Part shown: piece by piece, positions 1 to 6,528 of the stretch | Numbering within the stretch: position 1 is the first letter of the stretch | Layout: the number at the start of each line of letters is the position of its first letter | Source: an uncultured archaeon | GTDB lineage: Archaea; Asgardarchaeota; Lokiarchaeia; Sigyniarchaeales; SOKP01 | Length of the DNA stretch: 10,210 bases | Reading direction: 5' to 3' | Assembly: GCA_964388035.1 (NCBI GenBank) | Contig: CAYLZE010000147.1 | Coordinates: 1-10,210, forward strand | Translations under genes and position numbers: made by a program | Notes under the pieces: generated by a model | What the model was told of the DNA's origin: nothing | What the model saw: only the letters and a program-made list of their open reading frames with translations | The model's database searches: none

Positions 1-84
1 TTATGGCTCTTGAATGCAAAAAATGTAGCAGAATTATATAATAATACAAATAAATATGTGATTCTCGGGGATTTATATCGCTGA
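1..84 (+). CDS. Possible 3' end of a gene entering from the left (partial, frame ambiguous)
   Basis: Frame 1 is open from base 1 to TGA 82-84 (LWLLNAKNVAELYNNTNKYVILGDLYR*). Frame 3 reads MALECKKCSRII* (CxxC) and ends in tandem TAA TAA at 39-44. A T6 tract follows at 99-104. The fragment is too short to choose between frames. Confidence 0.3.
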   Translation, partial: LWLLNAKNVAELYNNTNKYVILGDLYR

Positions 85-190
85 TTTAATCAATAGGCTT
101 TTTTGCTAATTATAATACAAGTTGCTTAAGAGCTCATTGACGAAAACATGCATATATCGAGGTCGAGGGAATGCTTCCAAAAAGGCAATT

Positions 191-202
191 AAAAAAAAAA
201 AA
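191..202 (-). terminator. Oligo-T (T12 on minus strand) archaeal-type terminator for the acyl-CoA ligase
   Basis: A12 run on + strand at 191-202, 18 nt past the ligase stop codon (221-223). Oligo-U tracts are established archaeal termination signals. Confidence 0.55.
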
Positions 203-220
203 TTAAATTGATGCAGATGC

Positions 221-1906
221 TTAACTCGCATCCCATTTACCTTCTTTTCGAGCTTTTTCTATATCCGCTTGCACGCGATCCATAAAGGTTACATAATCGG
301 TTTTTGCAACCCTATTTAATGGAAATTCATCTATAAAGATAACAAGAGAGGGTCGTTTGTATGCCGCCATGCCTTTCGCATGCTCCATTACTTTTTCTTC
401 CGTCAATGTTTTTCCTTCTTTAACTTTTATGTATGCAACAATTCCTTCGGAAAAAACTTCATGTTTAGCTCCTATTACTCCAACGAATTCTACTTCTGGA
501 AGTTCTGCGATATATGCTTCTACTTCTGGTGGAAAAACTTGATACCCTTTTGGTTTGATCAGGAATTTTCGCCTTCCCTCTAAATGTAATCCATCATCGC
601 CCATATAACCCATATCTCCCGTATATAAATAGTTATCAGTTGATAAGGTACTTTTAGTAGCTTCTTCATTACCAAAGTATCCCAAAAACGTTTGAGGTCC
701 TTTATAACATATTTCTCCTATTTCTCCTTTCGGCAATTCATCTCCCGCTGTTCCGTCCGAATTCATTACTTTCCGGATTGTCATGGGATAGATCGGAAAA
801 TCTTTTCCTAAAGCCGTAACAAAATCCTCCCAATTCTCTTTAACTGTGATATATGAGCAGAATCCAGAGGTCTCTGTAAGACCCAAGCCGCCGCCGATAA
901 CAGGAGCCATTTTTCTTAATTTCTCTAAGAAAGGGCGATCCACCGATTGACCTGCACATATTACAAATCTTAAAGAGCTGAGATCGTAAGTAGAATAATT
1001 AGGTAAGCGCCATTCCATGGCATAAAGAGCAGGAATTTGCCCCAAGATGGTCCCTTTATACTTTTGTATGGCATCCAAGGTTTTTTCTGGATCAAAAATG
1101 TGTAAGACAATGCAAGTGCCTCCTCCAAATAAAGTAGTCATGAATTGTTCGCTGGTTCCTCCTACATGAGATGGAGGAAGATTTACTATCATTCTATCTT
1201 TTATATCAAGCCCAAAGGCTTTGGCGAGGCATAAATTTTGGCAAATAATTCCCTCATTTCTCAACATTGCAGGCTTTGGAAATCCTGTACTACCGGTGGT
1301 GAATATTATTATGACGGGATCTTTTCCTCCTACTTTTGAACATTCTTTGAGAAAATCATCCATTGTTGATGGATTTTTAATAGCTTCCTTATATTCTTGC
1401 TCCGCTTCTTGAGCAATTTTGTAAGCGGGCGTGATACCTTTTCGATATTTATCATCAGGTGAGCTAAATTGGACAATATACTTTAACCAGGGATTATTTT
1501 TCATAACAGCTGCTCCAATCATGCCAAAATTCGCTGCTGATGTCTTACCAAGATGACAATACATCTTTGTTTTTTCTTTTAGGAGTTCTAAACAGCGCAT
1601 GATCTCCGGTGGTTTTAACCGCAAGTCTAATGGCGTCCACATTACGCCAAGTCTTGCGCACGCATAACCTAAAATGATATGTTCTGCTAAAAAGGGAAGC
1701 GATGTAACTATAATATCTCCTTTTCTAAAACCCATATTAAACAATTTAAATGACATAGCTTCGATTTGTTGCCGAAATTCTTTATAAGTGAACTTCTTTC
1801 CGGTATCATAAATAATGAATGCTTCTTTATCGGGGGTTTCTTTTGCCCATTTACCTATAATTTCACATATGGTATGCGGATATTTTTCAAATTCTTCAAT
1901 TGAAAT
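221..1906 (-). CDS. AMP-dependent acyl-CoA synthetase/ligase (class I adenylate-forming enzyme, FadD/CaiC-like); about 561 aa if started at ATT 1906, 511 aa from ATG 1756
   Basis: A3 P-loop FTTGSTGFPK, LPPSHVGG, GLTETSG, GEIGEICYKGPQTFLGY, YTGDMG, GRRKFLIKPKGYQVFPPEVE and a C-terminal Lys (PLNRVAK). The frame stays open upstream of ATG 1756 to TAA 1934-1936 and encodes the typical family N-terminus (HTICEIIGKWAKETPDKEAFIIYDTGKKFTYKEF). Confidence 0.93.
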   Translation of the reverse strand: MSIEEFEKYPHTICEIIGKWAKETPDKEAFIIYDTGKKFTYKEFRQQIEAMSFKLFNMGFRKGDIIVTSLPFLAEHIILGYACARLGVMWTPLDLRLKPPEIMRCLELLKEKTKMYCHLGKTSAANFGMIGAAVMKNNPWLKYIVQFSSPDDKYRKGITPAYKIAQEAEQEYKEAIKNPSTMDDFLKECSKVGGKDPVIIIFTTGSTGFPKPAMLRNEGIICQNLCLAKAFGLDIKDRMIVNLPPSHVGGTSEQFMTTLFGGGTCIVLHIFDPEKTLDAIQKYKGTILGQIPALYAMEWRLPNYSTYDLSSLRFVICAGQSVDRPFLEKLRKMAPVIGGGLGLTETSGFCSYITVKENWEDFVTALGKDFPIYPMTIRKVMNSDGTAGDELPKGEIGEICYKGPQTFLGYFGNEEATKSTLSTDNYLYTGDMGYMGDDGLHLEGRRKFLIKPKGYQVFPPEVEAYIAELPEVEFVGVIGAKHEVFSEGIVAYIKVKEGKTLTEEKVMEHAKGMAAYKRPSLVIFIDEFPLNRVAKTDYVTFMDRVQADIEKARKEGKWDAS

Positions 1907-1914
1907 TTTATTTT

Positions 1915-1921
1915 CTCCCTC
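1915..1921 (-). promoter_or_regulatory. Shine-Dalgarno-like GAGGGAG 8 nt upstream of the proposed ATT start
   Basis: Minus strand reads GAGGGAG AAAATAAA ATT TCA ATT GAA GAA. Confidence 0.55.
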
Positions 1922-1950
1922 TTTAATTGTTTTTTAATGAAAATTATATT

Positions 1951-1994
1951 GATATGAATATTCTTATCGTGCTAAAATAAATATTTCATATGAA
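1951..1994. promoter_or_regulatory. Two palindromic candidate operator sites upstream of the ligase
   Basis: GATATGAATATTCTTATC (1951-1968, 18 bp, one mismatched pair) and TTCATATGAA (1985-1994, perfect). Both contain ATATGAA. Confidence 0.35.
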
Positions 1995-2195
1995 GTGTAT
2001 TTCAAATTGATTAAATAATTTTCTATTTTCATAATATATGTCCTATATTAATGACCCGCATGTATCAATTGAGGTTTGACATGTATCCGCCTTTAAAAAA
2101 TAATGATTTTATATGATCATCTTCCGTGATATTAGAAAAAATTAGTGGGATTTCAAGCATAAGAAAATGGGTAAATATTACTCCAACATGAAATG

Positions 2196-2240
2196 AAAAA
2201 TAATAGAAAAAGAAGAATTTATAAAAAAGATAGAATAGAG
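2196..2240 (-). terminator. U-rich tracts downstream of the acylase
   Basis: Minus strand after the stop reads CTATTCTATCTTTTTTATAAATTCTTCTTTTTCTATTATTTTTC. Confidence 0.4.
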
Positions 2241-2244
2241 CACA

Positions 2245-4491
2245 TTATTTAGCTGGTTGCAAGGTGATTTTACCTTCCAAGTTGTTTTCAATTTCTTTCC
2301 TCTCGAATAATAATGGCACATACATGCCTTTAACCCATAATTTGATGAGATCTTGATAGTGTGGATGAAAAGGTAATCCAGATTGTCCGCCGGGGATAAC
2401 GCATACTGATTTATTCCAGTCGGATAGATCATGAATATTTCGAAAGGATGGGCCTACTGTTACTTGATAATCTTTGAGTGGATCATAATATCCATTATTA
2501 ATTGTATTCGTGTCTCCTCCTATTTTAAAAGGGCCAATATTGAGAATCTTGGCTTGTTCATTAACATTTGAAAAAGGATGCACTAAGGTCAATTGATGGA
2601 GATTTCCCCATTTCCACTCTTGAGACTTTGATGAAATCTTCTCTGATAGGTATTGAATAGTTTGCTGTAAAGATTTTAATAATATAACCTCTAAATCTTT
2701 AGGATTATCTTGATAAAGCAGAAATAGGCGTTCCAATTCAAAAGGACAGGCTCCCAAATGGGGCTTGAGGACTTTTTCTCCGATTAAGGGAATTAAAATC
2801 ACTTTCATCGTGTTTTCCCACCAGAGCTTGAAAATCGTGCCCGGGACAGTGTCTTTTGTTAAGAAATAATCCCAACCCTCAAGTAAAGAGACGATTTTGA
2901 GAATCTCTTCTGAAAGAGAATTTTTTTTTAAATATTTTAGCATTAATGGCAATATCTCATTAGCTTCTAACGTAAAATAGTCCCATTGCATGTCCATGAA
3001 GTCTTGAATAGTAAGATTATTTTTAGCTTCTAATAGGTTTTTTATCCGGAATTGACGATAGGGTTCTGATCTATCCATGGCTAGCAAAACCCCATTAGGA
3101 GCGATATCTTCATTAAGATTTGCGGTATAGACAAATCCAAGGTCCGGATTATAGATGGATAATAAATTTTTAAAATCAGAAAGTCCTTTCCAATTATATT
3201 CTTGGGATGTGCCCGGAGTGATGCGATTCCCCTTACCATAACCTCTAATTGGCACTCTTCCCCCATGTTGGAGGCCAATATTGCCCATAACATCGGCATA
3301 AATGAAATTTTGGGGGTTGATGGTTATTTTACTCAACCCCTCTCTGAAATCCTTCCAATTTTTAGCTTTATTTACCTGTATAAATCCCTCAATATTGCTT
3401 TCCAATTTAGCATTATGGCTGGACCATCTCAGGGCTAGAGTATCGGGTAAATCGATCTCATATATCTTATCATCCTTTTCAAAATACTTGACGACAGGAC
3501 CAAATTCTGAAATAAGAACTTCTTGGATAACGGGATCATCTTGACCATTTACAGTAATTTTTTCTTCGATGACATCAAAATCTACCCACGAGCCGTTAAA
3601 TCTATATTGGTATGAATTTTCGGGGTTAATCTCAAGGCGAAATAAATCAATCGTGTCCGCGTGCACGTTTGTACAACCCCAGGCAATTTTTTCATTATGT
3701 CCAATGACAACCATGGGTAATCCTGCAAAGGAAGAGCCAACAACATTGAATTCAGGACAATTTATATGCACAATAAACCATATAGCGGGTAGCATTAAAG
3801 GAAGATGCGGATCATTCGCGAATAATGCTGCGCCCGATTTTGTTTTTTGTGGACTCGCAACCCAGCCATTACTCCCTTTAATCCCTTTCATGAAGATTCC
3901 TTCTTCCATGGGGATAATCAAGTTCGCTTTTTGAGGTCCTAATTTTTGACCAATTTGTTCTCTCAGAATCTCTAGTGGATAATTCCAATAGCTCAAGCCC
4001 CATTCGATCATGCTTAAAATCTTTAAAGAGTCCTCCATTTTCCAATCTCGAATATCGATCTTCAATGCTGCAAACTCTATTGGGGGATTTTTCCTCGCCT
4101 TTTTTATTCCATGATTTACTCCAGAAATATATGCATTAATTAATCGATAAAAAACCCCTTCTTTATTTTCTTCCATTTCTTTAACGCATCTTTTTGCGAT
4201 TCGGTGCAATCCGATAATTCTATAATGCTTATCACTCTTCAGAGAACCTGTTCCTACTATTTCTGCTAATTCTCCAGAAATTAGTCGTCGAAAAGTTTCC
4301 ATCTGCCACAAGCGATGTTGAGAATGAACATAACCTTGAGCAAAATAAGCATCCTCGGCAGATTGGGCAAAAATGTGCGGTATGCCGTATTTATCCCATA
4401 AAATCTCCACCTTTTCTTTTAATGCGCTTATTTCTTCGGTCCCCTCGATGGGGGGAAATGCATTTTTAGCTATTTTTAATAAGTCTTCCAT
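2245..4491 (-). CDS. Penicillin acylase family protein (peptidase S45, Ntn-hydrolase; AHL-acylase/PvdQ-like superfamily), 748 aa
   Basis: VEILWDKYGIPHIFAQSAEDAYFAQGYVHSQHRLWQME alpha-chain motif; autocleavage nucleophile G|SNGW (Ser207, codon 3871-3873); ANDPHL; GHNEKIAWGCTN; QNFIYADVMGNIG; TAN; YRQFRI; PGGQSGLPFHPHYQD. No signal peptide or TM segment. Confidence 0.95.
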   Translation of the reverse strand: MEDLLKIAKNAFPPIEGTEEISALKEKVEILWDKYGIPHIFAQSAEDAYFAQGYVHSQHRLWQMETFRRLISGELAEIVGTGSLKSDKHYRIIGLHRIAKRCVKEMEENKEGVFYRLINAYISGVNHGIKKARKNPPIEFAALKIDIRDWKMEDSLKILSMIEWGLSYWNYPLEILREQIGQKLGPQKANLIIPMEEGIFMKGIKGSNGWVASPQKTKSGAALFANDPHLPLMLPAIWFIVHINCPEFNVVGSSFAGLPMVVIGHNEKIAWGCTNVHADTIDLFRLEINPENSYQYRFNGSWVDFDVIEEKITVNGQDDPVIQEVLISEFGPVVKYFEKDDKIYEIDLPDTLALRWSSHNAKLESNIEGFIQVNKAKNWKDFREGLSKITINPQNFIYADVMGNIGLQHGGRVPIRGYGKGNRITPGTSQEYNWKGLSDFKNLLSIYNPDLGFVYTANLNEDIAPNGVLLAMDRSEPYRQFRIKNLLEAKNNLTIQDFMDMQWDYFTLEANEILPLMLKYLKKNSLSEEILKIVSLLEGWDYFLTKDTVPGTIFKLWWENTMKVILIPLIGEKVLKPHLGACPFELERLFLLYQDNPKDLEVILLKSLQQTIQYLSEKISSKSQEWKWGNLHQLTLVHPFSNVNEQAKILNIGPFKIGGDTNTINNGYYDPLKDYQVTVGPSFRNIHDLSDWNKSVCVIPGGQSGLPFHPHYQDLIKLWVKGMYVPLLFERKEIENNLEGKITLQPAK

Positions 4492-4579
4492 GATAAGTTA
4501 TTTGTCTTTAATAAATATAAAACTAAAATTTATTGGAATCAATTTTATTTTGTTTTATAATTTTAATGTGATATAAGTC
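4492..4579. promoter_or_regulatory. Divergent (bidirectional) promoter region with mirror-image TATA-like boxes
   Basis: 88-bp AT-rich gap. GTTTTATATTT on minus (4523-4513) starts 32 nt before the acylase ATG. GTTTTATAATTT on plus (4552-4563) starts 28 nt before ATG 4580. Neither gene has an SD. Confidence 0.45.
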
Positions 4580-6043
4580 ATGACAGAAGATCTGTTAAAA
4601 TTAATTGTTAATACGTTAGAATCTCGCAATCTTCCTAAAATTAAAAAACTTTTCATCCAATTAGATAAAAAGAATTACTTTAATTCTGTATATTTATCAA
4701 TTTCAGGGGCATGGAAAACAAAAATTGAGGATGCTTTTTATCAAACCCTCTCTCATCTTTTAAAAGTAAAGAAGCTCAAGAACTTCAAAGAATTGATCTT
4801 TTTCGCTTCAAAATTAGACATTTTCCTCGATCCCCAGAAAATTCCCGATCGATTTGATATTCTTTCCAATCTTCATTTATATAGCCTCCAAACGGGTCAG
4901 ATTGGAGAAATCATAGAATTAATTCGATTTTATAATGAATTTAATCTTTTTGAAAGACAACTGGACAAGGAAGATCAGCAATTAATTAGGAAATTAAAAA
5001 AAGATTCATTATTCGTCTCAAATTTAACGGATTTATTCGAGCGCGTTCCAGATTCGTTGATATATCATGTTTATAAGATTGTTCCTCAAGACTTGTTTCA
5101 ATTCTTCTCAGATTATTTAAGTTCCCCTTTCATGGTGGATGAAAGCATGTTTGCGGGCAATTATAATGTAAGTTTTATCTTAAATTATTTAGATAATTAC
5201 ATGGTTTATGGCTTGCGAGTGCAAAAGATTGGTACTACTTCCCAATTTCTGAAATTTATAGAACGAGAATTTAGTGATTTTGATAATTTTGATCATCCTA
5301 ATAACTCTAATAGCTTCTCTGAATCTGGTTTCATTAAAATAAAATATAAAAGTCGCCTTCATTTAATTTCCCCGTTAAACATCATGGAGATTAAACAAAA
5401 AGTCTTGGATGTGCAAAATTATAATTTTTATAGCCTTTCAATGGTGATTTTAGGTGGGATTGGACCCCAAGGACATGGGTTTACGTATTCTACTCCTCGA
5501 GGAGAAGTCGTGGAAGTATGTTCCGATATTAAAGAACATGAGGCAATTATTATCAAATACAAGCAATTCTTGAAAAATCAATTTTTAAAAGAATTAGAAG
5601 TAGAAATGAAAAACATGTTAATATCTTCAGAAATTATACGGGATGTAATAGATTATCTCTCGGATTTATTAGATAATGAGGAATTAATCAATTATTATAA
5701 ACGAGGAGATCTATTAACTAAAATAAAGCAGTTTTTAAAACAAAAAGATCCAACATTAATTGAAGCAAAGGAAAAGATCAACAAATTGATGGAACGAATA
5801 TCAGATGCCATAAGCCTAATATTGCGCGATATTCGATTGGAAGATCAATTTAAGACTCGCATGGATCTAGTTCTCGAAAATAAAATCAAATCCGAAGATA
5901 TCGCTAAATTAACAAGTCTCAAGGGAAAATCACATTATGATGTGTTAAGAGAACGCTTCTTCTTTCAAAATTTAGTTTCCTGGTTTTATGAATTATATCT
6001 TGAAGAAATTGGAAAAAATAAAAAAATGTCGAAATCGGATTAA
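4580..6043 (+). CDS. Hypothetical protein, 487 aa (N-terminal helical repeats; Gly-rich core MVILGGIGPQGHGFTYSTPRGEVVEVCSD)
   Basis: Long ORF in AT-rich DNA that fills the space between neighbouring genes. No family recognised from the sequence. Confidence 0.88.
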   Translation: MTEDLLKLIVNTLESRNLPKIKKLFIQLDKKNYFNSVYLSISGAWKTKIEDAFYQTLSHLLKVKKLKNFKELIFFASKLDIFLDPQKIPDRFDILSNLHLYSLQTGQIGEIIELIRFYNEFNLFERQLDKEDQQLIRKLKKDSLFVSNLTDLFERVPDSLIYHVYKIVPQDLFQFFSDYLSSPFMVDESMFAGNYNVSFILNYLDNYMVYGLRVQKIGTTSQFLKFIEREFSDFDNFDHPNNSNSFSESGFIKIKYKSRLHLISPLNIMEIKQKVLDVQNYNFYSLSMVILGGIGPQGHGFTYSTPRGEVVEVCSDIKEHEAIIIKYKQFLKNQFLKELEVEMKNMLISSEIIRDVIDYLSDLLDNEELINYYKRGDLLTKIKQFLKQKDPTLIEAKEKINKLMERISDAISLILRDIRLEDQFKTRMDLVLENKIKSEDIAKLTSLKGKSHYDVLRERFFFQNLVSWFYELYLEEIGKNKKMSKSD

Positions 6044-6051
6044 GGAAGACA

Positions 6052-6477
6052 TTAAAATTTTATAATTTTTAAATCCTTCTCCGAGTTTGCACTCCCACTA
6101 ATGATACAATTCTTAACATTCACATTATTTAGGGTTAGCGCACTATTCTGGGCAACAATGCAATTATTTAATTTGAAGTTTTCTCCGATAAGAACATTAT
6201 CTAACACGATTGAATTTGAAATTTCGCTATGTTCGCCAATTTCAGAATTTTCTCCAATATAAACGTTAGGTCCTAAAAGAACATCATCCCCAATCTTGAC
6301 TTTAGCGGATATATATACGGGCTCAATAAAAGTGGGATAATCTCCTTCATATTCTTCAAAATGACTCTTCTTAATGTTATTTTTTAAGAAATTCTTCAAC
6401 AAGTTTTGAATTTCTGATGGATTTAGAGTGTCTGGTTTGGAAATTTGAGATATTATTATTTCTAATTCCTTATACAT
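6052..6477 (-). CDS. Stand-alone left-handed beta-helix (hexapeptide repeat) protein resembling the C-terminal LbH domain of NDP-sugar pyrophosphorylases / eIF2B gamma-epsilon, 141 aa
   Basis: Hexad repeats ISAKVK IGDDVL LGPNVY IGENSE IGEHSE ISNSIV LDNVLI GENFKL NNCIVA. SD AAGGAG lies 7 nt upstream of the ATG. No nucleotidyltransferase domain. Confidence 0.85.
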   Translation of the reverse strand: MYKELEIIISQISKPDTLNPSEIQNLLKNFLKNNIKKSHFEEYEGDYPTFIEPVYISAKVKIGDDVLLGPNVYIGENSEIGEHSEISNSIVLDNVLIGENFKLNNCIVAQNSALTLNNVNVKNCIISGSANSEKDLKIIKF

Positions 6478-6528
6478 CTTTATACTCCTTTAGTTATGTT
6501 TATTTTAAAAATCTCATGATCCTCCTGA

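Noticed and set aside
82-185. TGA 82-84 as selenocysteine with a downstream SECIS (Lokiarchaeia are known to use eukaryote-like SECIS)
   Set aside because: The TTGAC...CGAG core lacks a pairable 11-12 bp helix II with apical AA, and there is no GAA-SSS archaeal SECIS pattern. The peptide context shows no redox motif.
357-1412. Short + strand ORFs 357-542, 380-583 and 1221-1412
   Set aside because: Antisense shadows of the acyl-CoA ligase with no recognisable motifs.
221-1756. ATG 1756 as the true ligase start
   Set aside because: It would delete the family-typical N-terminal segment encoded in frame upstream, and it has no SD.
2178-2432. 84-aa minus-strand ORF
   Set aside because: Out-of-frame overlap with the acylase 3' end, running into the U-rich terminator region. 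Composition is not protein-like.
3081-4576. ORFs 3081-3299 (-), 3202-3438, 3302-3544, 3569-3934 and 4373-4576 (+)
   Set aside because: Alternative-frame or antisense shadows inside the well-supported acylase.
5444-5470. ILGGIGP resembling the aspartate/glutamate racemase N-terminal ILGGMGP
   Set aside because: The motif is internal, and the racemase CNT and GCTE catalytic motifs are absent.
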